Shown here: in pieces, positions 36,657 to 49,029 of the stretch
Layout: the number at the start of each line of letters is the position of its first letter
Numbering within the stretch: position 1 is the first letter of the stretch
Source of the DNA: Isurus oxyrinchus
Lineage: Eukaryota
Direction: 5' to 3'
DNA length: 64,000 bases
Assembly: GCA_026770705.1 (NCBI GenBank)
Contig: JANJGN010000026.1
Location: 35,216,001 to 35,280,000 of the forward strand
The notes under the pieces: generated by a model
Databases searched by the model: none
Seen by the model: the letters and a program-made list of their open reading frames with translations, nothing else
Told to the model about the DNA's origin: nothing
Translations under genes and position numbers: made by a program

Positions 36657-38760
36657 AACATAGAAACATAGAAATAGGAGCTGGAGTAGGCCGTTCGGCC
36701 CTTCGATCTTGTTCCGCCGTTCAATATTATCATGGTTGATCCTGGATCTAAACACCATATTCCCGCTTTCTGTCCATACCACTTAATGCCACTAATATCC
36801 AGAAATATGTCGATTTTTTTCTTGAATATACTCAGTGACTCCATAGACTTCTTTGGTCGAGAATTCTACAGGTTGACCACCCTCAGAGTGAAGGAATCTT
36901 CCTCATTTCGGTCGCAAATGGCCTTCCCCGTATTCTGCTGTGGCCCCTGGTTCTAGACTCCCCAACCAAGGGAAACATCCTTCCTGCATCTAGTCTGTCT
37001 AGCGCTGTTAGAATTATATGTGTTTCAATCAGAACCCCTCTCATTCTTCTAAACTCTAGTGAATGCAGGCCCAGTTGAACCAATCTCTCCTCATACAACT
37101 GTCCTGCCATCCCCAGTATCAACCTCGTGAACATTCGCTCCACTCCCTCTACGGCAAATATATCTTTTCTTGCGTAGAGAGACCAAATCTGCACGCAATG
37201 CTCCTGGTGTGTTCTCACCAAGGCCCTTTGCAACTGCAGTAAAACATCCCTACTTCTGAAATCAAATCCACTTTAAATGAAGGCCAACATATCATTTGCC
37301 TTCCCAATTGCTGCACCTGTCTGTTTAGTTTCATTGGCTGGTGTACAACGATACCCAGACTCCTTCGTACACCCATATTTCCCAATTTATCACCATTTAT
37401 ATAATGCTCTGACTTTCTGTTTTCACACCGAAGCGTATAACTTTATATTTATCCACGTTATACTGCACTTGCCATGTGATTGCCGACACAGAAAACTTGT
37501 CTAAATTGCCCTGAATCCCTCTTGCATGCTCCTCACATCTCACAGCCTCGTGCAGTTTTGTGTCGTCAGCAAACTTGGAAATATTGCATTTGGTTTCCTC
37601 ATCCAAATTATCTATATATGTTGTGAATAACTGGGGCTCAAGCACTGATCGATGCGGTACACCACTCGTCAAGGCCTGCCACCGGGATAAAGACCCATTA
37701 TTCCCACTGTCAGTTTCTGGTCTGTCAACCAATTCTCAGTCCAAGCCAGTATATTACCTCCAATCTCATGTGCTTTGCTTTTGTCCACTAGCCTCTTAGG
37801 TGGGACCTTATTAAAATCTTCTTGAAATCCAAATACACCAGATCTAGTGGTTCTCCGTTATCTATCCTACTAAAAAACTCGAGTAGATTAGTTAAGCATG
37901 ATTTCCCTTTCATAAACCGATGCCGACTTTGTCTAATCTCATTGATGCTTTCCAAGTGTTCAGTTATTTTATAACAGACTCTAGCATTTTGCCCACAACT
38001 GATGTTAGGCTAACTGCTCTGTAATTATCTGTTTTTGCTCTCCTTCCTTTTTTTTAAAATAATGGGGTTACATTTGCCACCCCCAATATGTAGGAACTGT
38101 TCCAGAGTCTATAGATTTTTGGAAGGTGACCACCTATGCATCCAATATTTCCAGCGCCACCTCCTTTAGACATCTGGGATGTGGATTATCAGGCCCTGGG
38201 GATTTTCCAGATTTTAACCCCATTAATTTCTCCACCACAATGTTTTTCACTAATGCTGGTTTCCTTCAATTCCTCGCTCTCACTGGGCCCGTGGTTCCCT
38301 AACATTTCTGGGAAATTATTTGTGTTGCCTTTTCTGAAGGCAGAACCAAAATATCTCTTCAATTTTTTTGCCATTTCTTTGTTCCCAATTATCGTTTCTC
38401 CCGTTTGTGAGTGTTTGTTTACTAATCATTTTCTCTTCTGCATATTTATGGAGGCTTTTACAATCAATTTTTATGTTCCCTGCAAGTTTACTCTCGTACT
38501 ACATTTTCCCCTTCTTGATCAGTCTTTTTTCCAGTTTTGCTGAATTCTAAACTACTTCCAACCCTCAGGATTGAAGCTTTTTCTGGAGATTTTTTATGTC
38601 TACTCGTTAGATCTAATACTATCCCTAATTTCTTTTGTAATCCATGGTTGAACCATATTATTTTTGCGCCAGACGGGAATGAATAATTTTTGTAATTCAT
38701 GCATACGCTCCTTAAATATTAACCATTGCCGATCCACTTTAATTTTAATTTCCACCATTC
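36657..38760 (-). mobile_element. CR1 LINE (5'-truncated, decayed) inserted between the NAR V and NAR J
   Basis: (aacatag)n tail at 36657; RT motifs SGVPHRSVLEPQLFTTYI..KFADDTKL, LVRTHQEHCVQIWS. Confidence 0.9.
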
Positions 38761-38994
38761 AGTTATCTTTCTTTGATATTTTTCTCTGTTTATATGAAGC
38801 GAATATCTCATGCCCAGGACCATTTACGCAGAGCTCAGGGCCTCAGAAAGAATAGTTTGAACAGATAGAGACTTTGAAACATTGAATATTGATTATTCAT
38901 TTAAACCTGCTGTATAATTGTCTACTGCCTGATGATGATTTCCCGGCAGTTGAGTTGTCAATGGTTCTTGAACTGGGAGAGTGAGAGTGGTGTG

Positions 38995-39039
38995 CGAATT
39001 ATGTAGATGGATCCAGGATGGTGGTGACTGTCACAGCCG
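38995..39039 (+). pseudogene. NAR-type J segment pseudogene
   Basis: ANYVDGSRMVVTVTA resembles NAR J YxxGxGTxVTV. The phase-1 donor is mutated to g|ataagtg; degenerate upstream RSS ggttcttga...tggtgtg. Confidence 0.55.
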
Positions 39040-39589
39040 ATAAGTGACTCTGAAGCCCGCATGTTGCAGACTGTGCTGGATATTGTTCACAGTCAGCTTC
39101 TTGTGATCAACATCGTTTCAATCACATCGAAACTAAAAAAAACGATTTCTAAGGGACCTTTTCCATTGCAGGCTTCGATTTAGGAATAGGGTATGATCGG
39201 ACAGTCGGGTCATTTACCCGCCATTTGTTTCAATTGTCTTCATATACCCAATCATTTCCTCCTTTTCCATCCTCAGATCGAAATGTGAAAGTTTGGAACT
39301 GCAGACATTTCTCTTTATTGAATGTCGATGTTTGAGAGATGGGATTGCTGTAATTTCTCTGTATCCCTGATTACTGTGAATTAAAAACGCAAAGTGCAGT
39401 GAGAGAGTGAGGATGATGCATTAATCTTATAAAGGAGAACAGGGACATAAGGAAAAAATTATAAACTGAGAGACTGTTCATTTAGAACCAGCAAGAAATA
39501 ATTCATCGAATGGGAGAGAAGGATTGGATGATCTCTGGGCTGTTCAAAGTACAATCCGAGCAAAGGGTGGTGGGCAATGTTTATGGAGA

Positions 39590-39890
39590 GAAGGACTCCA
39601 GTATGGAATGCTGTGTAAAGTCAGGTATCTAACTTAGGGAAGGTTGTACATGCTTTGGAACAAATTTTCATCAGACTGATTCCTGAAGTAAAGGGATTGT
39701 CCTATGGGAAGGGATTGAGTAGACTGGACCTGTGTTCCCTGGAGTTTACAGTAATGAGGGCGATCTCATGAGAACACATGATACCTTTAAGAAGCTTGCG
39801 AGGGAAGGTTCTAGGTGGGAGTTTCCTCAGGTTGGAAAGTCTATAACTGGGAGCCATAGTTTCAGCATAAGAGGTCGGCCATTAGAATGG
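39590..39890 (+). mobile_element. Old CR1 fragment
   Basis: agactgattcctg..gggattgtcctatgggaagggattgag..ctggagtttacag, SHSFSIRGRP. Confidence 0.6.
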
Positions 39891-40437
39891 GGAACAGAGA
39901 AGTTTCAATCAATGCTGATTAATCACAATCACTTTCATTTCGATCATGCTTTGCACAGTGATGCTGATGCTGATTGTCCCATACAATCATTTTTTGGAAA
40001 CTGATTGCCATACTGATAATAAATGTTCCATCGGGGTGTCACTCACCAAGGAAAATAGAAGCAGAAATGTAATATACAACATAGAACCATGCCAAGAGGT
40101 AGAATGACATTCGGCCCATCGTGGAGGTGCTATCACTTTCAAAGTGCAATCCAATTTTTACCATTTTTCCTGTTGTAGTATAGGTACATCAGCCATTTGA
40201 AAGTTCCCACTGAGTCTGTTCGCACCACCCATTCTGACCGCGCAGTGCAGATTGGAAAAATTCTCGATGCAAAAGAAAATTATCATCTCTGCACTTAATC
40301 ACATCTCAATGATGGTGAATACGGTTGTAACAGGCTTGCTTCAAGTTTAGAAAAACGAACGTTTCATGTCATTGACAAATTCTCCCAGGTAAACCATGGC
40401 TAAACAAACAATTAATGTTCGTTTTTTTATTCTCCAG

Positions 40438-40529
40438 ATTCCAGTTCCCTGGTGTCTTAGTGCCCGCCTCTACAAACATCTGCTGTCGGTGACACCATTA
40501 CTTGAAGCTGTGAATGTTCAGGGTTAGAT
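40438..40529 (+). pseudogene. Leaderless supporting V-delta stub of the NAR-TCR cassette
   Basis: Acceptor gtttttttattctccag at 40437 in phase 1, matching the J donor; DSSSLVS*CPPLQTSAVGDTIT*SCECSGL is FR1 up to Cys23; the remainder is deleted. Confidence 0.6.
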
Positions 40530-40774
40530 CACGGAGAGAGCTGTTCAGAAACCTGAACATGGTGGGATTACAGACACATAGTGATACAGAGCACGGAGAG
40601 AACTGTACAAAAACCTGAACATGGTGGGATTACAGACACACAGTGATACAGAGCACGGAGAGAGCTGTACAAAAACCTGAACATGGTGGGATTACAGACA
40701 CATAGAGATACAAAGCGCGGAAAGAGCTCTATGAAAACGTGAACAAAGTGGGGATTCCAGATACAGTGATACAG
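40530..40774 (+). repeat. Tandem array of 62-bp units, each containing a 23-RSS; continues into an N gap
   Basis: Unit tgaacatggtgggattacagaca-CACAGTG-atacagagcacggagagagctgt-ACAAAAACC. Perfect RSS at 40639-40677, CATAGTG variant at 40577-40615, degenerate copies at 40701 and 40762. Confidence 0.9.
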
Positions 40775-41751
40775 NNNNNNNNNNNNNNNNNNNNNNNNNN
40801 NNNNNNNNNNNNNNNNNNNNNNNNNNNNNNNNNNNNNNNNNNNNNNNNNNNNNNNNNNNNNNNNNNNNNNNNNNNNNNNNNNNNNNNNNNNNNNNNNNNN
40901 NNNNNNNNNNNNNNNNNNNNNNNNNNNNNNNNNNNNNNNNNNNNNNNNNNNNNNNNNNNNNNNNNNNNNNNNNNNNNNNNNNNNNNNNNNNNNNNNNNNN
41001 NNNNNNNNNNNNNNNNNNNNNNNNNNNNNNNNNNNNNNNNNNNNNNNNNNNNNNNNNNNNNNNNNNNNNNNNNNNNNNNNNNNNNNNNNNNNNNNNNTGT
41101 GATAAAATAGATAGAAAACGTTTTTGCCATTTAAGGACTCTTCGTTCCGGAGACAAAGGAGCAGGAAAAACAGATTGATAGATTTTATATGATGATTGAC
41201 ATAGCTTCAGATATAAATGTACATGCTGACACTGACTGGGATAAAAAGCTTGTCAGAGAAGCAATTAGAATTATAGATTGATGAATAAAAGAGAGTCGTA
41301 TCAATGTTGGAATGGGCAAACAGAGCGAAAATTAAAAATGAATGAAACAATCAAATAACAATGTTGGTTGACAGCCAAAAGTGAAAACTCCATCGATATA
41401 TTGGCCACATTATTTGCGCTCTGGGACCCTGCGCTTTATTTGGAGCCTCCTGTCAGTCGAGGCTTTCGGAATCAAGGTGGGGGGCAGGGGTGGGAGAGGA
41501 GGGAGGAGAAGTTTGAGTGGTCTTCGCCAGCATATCGGCCCCCATTGCTTCCTGCATCTATCCAAAAGCCTATGATCATTGCCGCAGTTTGTGACAATCA
41601 GCACTGCCTGCGGTCCCGCAAGCAGTCTCCCTGAACTCTTCTGTTGTGCCCCTGATACCTGGACTTGAGAACGTGTGAGGGTTCTGTGTATTCTTGCCGG
41701 TCACTGTCTATTTCTCTCTCCACCCCCCCCCCCCCCACCTCTCTCTCTCGT

Positions 41752-41801
<50 letters not shown>

Positions 41802-41870
41802 AATCTATTGGACATATTCCCAAATGCGTTTGCTCGCAAAAAATAAATATTTCGTGTTTAGAAAATATAA

Positions 41871-44450
41871 AAACATAGAAACATAGAAAGTAGGAGCAGG
41901 GCTATGCCATAGGCCCTTCGAGCCAGCTCCGCCATTCATCATGATTGTGGCTGATCATCCAACTCAATAGCCTGCTCCCGCTTTCTGCCCTTACCCTTTG
42001 ATCCCTTTCGCCCCAAGAGCTATATCTAACTATTTCTTGAAAGCATGCGTTATTTTGGCATCAAATACTTTCGGTGGTAGCGAATTCCATAGGCTCACCA
42101 CTCTCTGGGTGAAGACATTTCTTCTCATCTCAATTCTAAATGGTCTACCCCGTATCCACAGACTGTGACCTCTGGTTCTGGACTCCCCCGCCATCGGGAC
42201 CATCCTTCCTGCATCTACACTGTCTGGCCCTGTTAGAATTTTATAGTCTTCTATGAGATTCTGCTCTCATTCTTCTGAACCCAAGCGAATATAATCGTAA
42301 CCAAATCAATCATTCCTCAGATGTCTGTCCTGCCATCCCAGGAATCAGTTGGATAAACGTTCGCTGCACCCCCTCTATAGCAAGAACATTCTTCCTCAGA
42401 TAAGGAGCCCAAACCTGCCCATAATATTCCAGGTGTGGTCTCACCAAGGCCCTGTACAATTGCAGCAATACATCCTGCTCCTGTACTGGAATCCTCTGCT
42501 ATGAAGGTCAACGTACCATTTGCCCTCTTTTGCATCTGCTGCATCTGCATGCTTACCTTCTGCGATTGGTGTACGATGACACCCAGCTCTCGTAGCACAT
42601 TCCCCTCTCTGAATTTATAGCCATTCAGATAATAATCTCCCTTCCTGTTATTGCATCCAAAGTGGATAACCTCAAATTTATCCACATTATGCTTCACCTG
42701 CCATGCATTTTTCCACTCACTCAGCCTGTCCAAGTCACACTGAAGCAGCTCTGCATCCTCCTCACAGCTCACCCTCCCACCCAGCTTTGTGTCATCTGCA
42801 AATTTAGAGGTATTACATTTAGTTCCCTAATTTAAATCATTAATATCTATTGTTAATAGCTGGGGACGCAGCACCGATCCCTAAGGTACCCCACTTGTCA
42901 CTGCCTGCCATTCGGAAAATGTCCCGTGTATTCCTCCTCTTTGTTTCATGTCTGCCAACCAGTTTTCTATCCATCTCAACACACTTTCCCCAATCCCATA
43001 CGCTTTAATTTTACATGCTAATCTCTTCTGTCGGACTTTGTCGACAGCCTTCTGAAAGTCCAACTAAAACGCATCCACTGGCTCCCCCTCATCAACTCCA
43101 CTAGTGACATCCTCGAAAAATTCCAATAAATTTGTCGTAAATGCATGCTGACTGTCCGATTCTGCCAATATTTTCCAAGTGCTCAGCTATTAAATCTTTT
43201 ATAATGGCCTCTAGAATTTTCCCCACTAGCGACATCAGGCTGACTGGCCTTTTATTTCCTGTTTTCTCTGTACCTCTCTTTTTAAATAGTGGGGTTACAT
43301 TAGCAACCCTCCAATCTGCAGGAACTGTACCAGAGTCTATAGGATCTAGGAAGATGATCACCAATGCATCCATTATTTCTAGTGTCATTTCCTTAAGTGC
43401 TCTGGGATGTAGATTATCAGGCCCTGGGGATTTTTCGGCCTTCAATCCCATCAATTTCCCCAACACCATTTCCCTACTAATACAAATTTCTTTCAGTTCC
43501 TCCCTCTCTCTAAACCCTGAGTTTCCCAACATTTCTGGTATGTTATTTGTGACCTCTTTGTGAAGACTGAACCAAAGTATGTATTTACTTGGTCAGCCAT
43601 TTCTTTGCTCCCCATTATAAATTCCCCTGTTTCTGACTGTAAGGGACCTACATTTGTCTTCACCAACCTTTTTCTCTTCACATACCTATAGAATCTTTTA
43701 CAGTCAGGTTTTATGTTCCCTGCAAGCTTATTCTGGTACTCTATTTTCCCCTTCTTTATCAATACCTTGGTCCTCCTTTGTTGGATTCTAATCTGCTTCC
43801 AATGCTCAGGTCTTTTTTTTCCTGGCCAATTTGTATGCCTCTTCCTTGCATCTAATACTATCTCTAATTTCTCTCGTAAACCATGGTTTGGCCACGTTTG
43901 TTGTTTCACTTTTGCGCCAGGCAGGAATAACAATTGTTTCAGTTCACCCATGTGCTCTTTGAATGTTTGCCAATGCCTGTCCACCGTCATCCCTTTAAGT
44001 AACGTTTCCCAATCCATCATAGCCAACTCACGCCTCACACCATCGTAGTTTCCTTTATTAAGGTTCAAGGCCCCAGTTTCAGAATCAACTATGTCACTCT
44101 CCATATTGATGAAGAATTCTATCATTTTATGGCCGCTCATCCCCAAGGGGCCTGGCACATCTAGATTGCCAATTATTGCTTTCTCATTACACAATACCCA
44201 GTCAAGAATGGCCTGTTCTCTAGTTCGTTTCTCAACGCATTGGTCCAGAAAGCCATCCCGTATACACTCCAGGAATTCTTCCTCTACAGTATTTGATTTG
44301 GCCAAACTATATGCAGATGAAAGTCACCCATAATTACAGATGTTTCTTTATTGGATACTTCTCTAATTTCCTGCTTAATTCCAGTCCCAGCTTCACCACA
44401 GCAGTTTTGGGTCTATATACAACCTCCACTAACATTTTATGCTCCTTATA
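41871..44450 (-). mobile_element. Long decayed CR1 LINE (endonuclease to RT to 3' tail)
   Basis: EFLECIRDGFLDQ..TREQAILD, KSPGPDNLHPRALKE, DWRVANVTPLFKK, DFQKAVDKV, W..VTSGVP; (aacatag)n tail. Confidence 0.95.
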
Positions 44451-44554
44451 CTCATCGATAAGCAGAAATCAATTTCTGGGTGTGCTTGTTAAAATGTTCT
44501 ATTTTAAATGTTCCATTCAAATGTTCCATTTTAAACATTTTCAAATGGAACACA

Positions 44555-45765
44555 AATGGAATATAATTAATGCTAGGAGCGTGAGGAGCTGTGGACCCAG
44601 ATATGCACGAAGGGCATGATATCATAGCTATGACCAAGGCTTGGCTAAAGGATGGCCAGGATTGGCAGCTCAACCTTCCTGCTTATAGTGTGTTTGAACG
44701 AGGTGGTGAGAGGGATAGAAGAGTTGGTTTGGGGGGGGGGGGGGGCGGGGAGGGGGGGGCGGTGGGCGGGATGGGGGAGGGGTTGCAACATAGATCAAGG
44801 AATCTTGGGGAATGATCATATTTTAGAAGGGTCATCAAATGAAACCCCGTAGGTACAAGTAAGAAACGCCAAAAGAGCAAACACGAGATTGGGTATGTAC
44901 TATAGGCCCCCAAAAAGGCAGGTAGTGATAGAGGGCCAAAAGTGTCATCACAGGTTGTTTTCCTTGGAGCAATGAAGGCTGAAAGGGACCTGAGAGATAT
45001 GTATATGATTATGAGTGGCACAGGTAGGGTGGATTGGAAGGCAATTTTTCCATTATTAGAGGAGTCAATAACCAGGGGGCAGAGATTTAAGCTAAGAGGC
45101 AGAAGACAGATTTATGTGTGAATGCGATGCGCACGGCCGCCTCCCCCATTGTTCCGTATGTTGCTGCTGTTCCCGTTTTGATGTTGGTTGGATCAGCAGT
45201 GGAGTGGGATGGGGTTTACATTTCTGCCCTGACAGAGGAATTGGGGTTTGTAGAAAAACAGGCCAGTTAGCTTAACATCTGTCATTGGGAAAATGTTGGA
45301 GTCTTTTATAAATGATGCAATAGCAAAGCCTTTAGAAGTACATAGTCTAATGAAGCAGAATCAGCATGGCTTCAAGAAGGAGAAAACGGACCTGACAAAT
45401 TAATCTTAATTCTTTGGTGAGGTAACAAGTAAGATTGAAAAAGGAGAACCAGTAGATGTAATGTATTTCAATTTCCAAAATGCGTTCGGTAAGGTACTTC
45501 ACACAAGGCTACTTAATAAGGTAACACCCCACGTTTTTGGGGGTAATATCTCAGCATGGATAAAGGATTGGCTAACTAATAGAAGACAGAGAGATGGGTT
45601 AAGGGGGCATTTTCAGGATGGCAATCTGTAACTAGCGGGGAGCCACAGGGATCAGTGTTGGGGCCTCAATTATTTATACCATATATTAATGACTTAGATG
45701 ATGGAAGTGAATGTACAATCGTCAAATTTGCAGATGACACAAAATAGGTGAGAAGATAAGTGGCT
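44555..45765 (+). mobile_element. CR1 fragments (APE endonuclease N-terminus 44555-44940; RT 45255-45765)
   Basis: NARSV..DIIAMTKAWLKDGQDWQLNLPAY; [27 protein letters not shown]. Confidence 0.75.
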
Positions 45766-45829
45766 TGAGATCAGTGCCTGATTATAAACCATTATTCGAG
45801 AATTAAGCAATACTCATTTATTAGTGCAC

Positions 45830-46750
45830 TGGACTGTCACACTAAATGATATCCTAGCTATTTCTGCATTAGATTGCCTCCACTTATGTTCCACCAGGCA
45901 CAATTTTTGTTATTACTAACTACAACATCTTAATGCTAACGTCTATATTACACCAGACACTGCCCCAGTCGAATTACACGAGACCACACCCACTTTATGT
46001 TGCATTCGTCCTTTTTTCTAGTTATTTGCAAGAGGATGCATATCCTTCTGTGTTTCCCTAGGTCACATCTCAGTTATTATTGTAATAGATAATCTCCGTT
46101 AGTGTTCAGCAACATCCTGTCTCAGTGTTCCACCAGACAATATCACTCTTAATATTACAATAACCTGTGTCTCTGTTTAAGGTACATGAGACACAATCTC
46201 ATTTGTTGCGGCATTTGACATGTCTCTGCTTGTATGACACTAGGCCCTGCCTGATTTACTACTGAATGATACTCTGTCTCAGTTTATATTACAGTGGCCA
46301 TTTTCTATGCTCTACTGCACTAGGACATGATTGAATTTACATTGCTCTAGGCCACGTCCCTGCTGATATTGCACTACGACAGTACTCACATTATAAAATA
46401 ATAGCCTTTGGCCTTCTGTAGATTACATTAGACCATGTCTTTGTTCATGTTAGCTGGAGACCTGTCTGATCTATTATCTCATTACCCTTGATCTGCTTAT
46501 ATTTCGGTAGGCCCTAACTTTGTTATTCCCGCTCGAAACCAAACTCCTGTTTACATTACACGAGACCCAATTTCTAGTTGCCTTGCTCCAGGCCTTGCTT
46601 CAGTTAATACTGAAATGGATCCTGCCTCTATTCATGTTACGCCAGGCCGTGCCTTTGTTACTACTATTCTTGACCAAATCCCTGTTTTTGTTAGCTAAGT
46701 TTATGTGCACGACACATTTATATGTGACTCTTAACAGTGATTTACACTAA
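45830..46750. repeat. Old degenerate ~28-30-bp minisatellite
   Basis: Recurring tattacac.agacc.tgtctctgtt-like motifs. Confidence 0.5.
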
Positions 46751-46852
46751 TTATTATTCTCAAAGCAGCATTTTTATCACGTTAAGAAAGCTGACAGAAG
46801 TCGGCCGGACGAGCAGAAAAAAAGTGTAACTTTACATATTGCATCTCAAGTC

Positions 46853-47078
46853 ATCGGCCATGTTTGTGTGACGTACAGTAGATCATCTTTGCGTGACGAA
46901 ACTGTCGATCATGTTTTTGTGACGTACGGTCGGCCATGTTTGTGTGACGTATTGTCGGCCATGTTTGCGTGACGAAACTGTCGGCCAGGTTTGTGTGATG
47001 TACTGTCGGCCATGTTTGTGTGACGTAATGTTGATCGCGTTTTTGTGACGAATTCGGCCGTGTTTGTGTGACGTGCTG
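46853..47078. repeat. ~25-bp CpG-rich minisatellite, about 9 copies, nearly all with TGACG(T)
   Basis: Consensus gtcggccatgtttgtgtgacgtact. Confidence 0.9.
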
Positions 47079-47946
47079 CGGTTCTTAATTTTCGTTTCGC
47101 CTTCTAATTGCATTTCCGTACCTGCCCGCAATGTTGAGCAGCTTTTTCCCGAACTCCGCTGTCAGCTTCGTGAAGCCTCTGACTTCGGCCTTGTCACGGG
47201 GTTTATTTGATTGAGTATTGCTGTTGCTGGTTGAGAGATAATCGTACACCATAAACAGTTTTCAGAACAGAATGTAGTGACTGTCATCTTTAAAGAGAGC
47301 ACCCAAGCGCATAGCCCCCCAAGGTCTGTTGTACCCCCGAGCGCCGTTTCATTCTCAGTTACTGCAAACAGAAATTCTGAATATTCCCAATCTGGAAGTC
47401 AAATATGGCTCAAATTAAACGCCATTTTAAATGTAATCCATCGCAGAGCTGGTGCAGGAAGCATTTGGCTAAATGACTGGGAGAATCTCCGGAATATTGG
47501 AGTAAGAGTGGATTGGGGGCTTTCTCCCGGTGTCCTGGGCCCACATTCCACCTTTAACAAACACCACCCAATACAAACACATGCACCGACCTCCCAGTTC
47601 ACCACTGTGGGGAAAGGAAGGCGGCAGCACAACTGGCAGAAAGTAAAGCTCCCCTCCCCCACCCCTGTACACCAGAGTATTGTGGGAGGGGTTTTCACAT
47701 CCGGATAACTATCCAAATGAAGGGTCAGAAAGTTGCAGTTTCCTTTAATAAACCTGTCTCTTATTTCCACAACACTTAGCCAGCGACCCGGGAACCATGC
47801 GGCAATAATCTCAGCGAAACTGCCCTGTGCAAATTTACTCGATCCCCCTAAAGTATTTCAATCCAGCTCTGAGATCCGGTCTCCCAGTGCAGTCCAAAGT
47901 TGCAGTCTTCCAGCTCCCTGGAATATAAACCCTCAGCTCCAGGCAG

Positions 47947-48200
47947 ATGGGAATCCTCCTTCTTTTCCCTGTGTGTGTCTGTTTACCCCGTGAGTACCGA
48001 TCAAACAAACCGATATTGTTTGGATTTAATATAAAGCTGCCCGTATCCATCTCTATTACAGACACTGTCCTGGGTTTTAAATCCGTTCTGTGGTTCGGTT
48101 CTGATGCTCCATTAAAATCTCTCTGTTAAATTTTCAGGCTCTTTCACTCAGTCGGGCCTGTGACCCAGATCAGGCCAACAGTTGTCCCGTTCCGCGCAAA
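47947..48200 (+). pseudogene. Second NAR-TCR V: promoter, leader and FR1 stub only
   Basis: 47860-48170 is collinear with 35855-36160. Leader MGILLLFPVCVCLP C|gtgagt, acceptor at 48137, VTQ, then unrelated GC-rich sequence. Confidence 0.8.
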
Positions 48201-49029
48201 CGCAGAATCGCTAGCTTCGTAGTGGGGGGGTTTGAGGCCGCCACCAGATGTTTATGAATCCTCCCCGCCCACTCCGCTGGCTCTAATCCTCTCCACACAC
48301 CCAGCGGCTCCATTACTCAACCGCACTCGATTGTTTTTCCTTTCTCCGCCGAACTCCTGCCACAACTCGCACTGCGCATGTACCAGTCAGGGATCGCGTT
48401 GCGCATGCTCAGCTTCCAGCTAGGTAGTACGCCTGCGCAGCAATCTCCCTGTCGTCTTGGTAGGACGCATTCTTCCCCGCGGAGAATGCTGGTTACCATC
48501 CAGCCATTGAGAGTCGAAATTGTTGAATCGAAACACTAAGCAGATCTGTTGTGTTTGTGGAAAGGGAGACATAGTTTCAGGTCGATGTCTTTTCATTAGA
48601 ATGGCACTGGATCATTACACGGACATTGAGCCTGTTTCTTATTCTCTAGATACTGATATGCTGAGTATTTCCAGCATTTTCTGTCTTTATCTCTGGTTAA
48701 AGAAGTTTCTCTTGAACTGCACATTAGATTCATTACTAAGTTATATTTATTTTCGCCGTTGCACAAGTGGAAAAATCTTCCACCCGTCTAACGTGTAGAA
48801 ACACTTAAGCGATTTAACTTCCCTGATCAAGTCACCGCTCACTCAGATTTCCACATTAAACGTCTCCAGCCTGTTCAATATTTCTTGATAGGTATCACCT
48901 GTCAGTTGTAGCATTAGCGCAATAAATCTTTCATGCATCACCTCCATCGCTCGCTTCTTGCATTGCTTCTAAATACATGTTATAGTATGGAGACCTGAGC
49001 TAACCTGAGCAGCGAACTCACCACTGTCC

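Noticed and set aside
40530-40774. CRISPR-like appearance of this array and of 46853-47078
   Set aside because: Eukaryotic context, no unique spacers and no cas genes; these are tandem repeats.
44450-44940. Twin-priming 5' inversion of the CR1 at 41871
   Set aside because: The plus-strand piece overlaps the same VYRPP region and is more decayed, so it is probably a separate older insertion.
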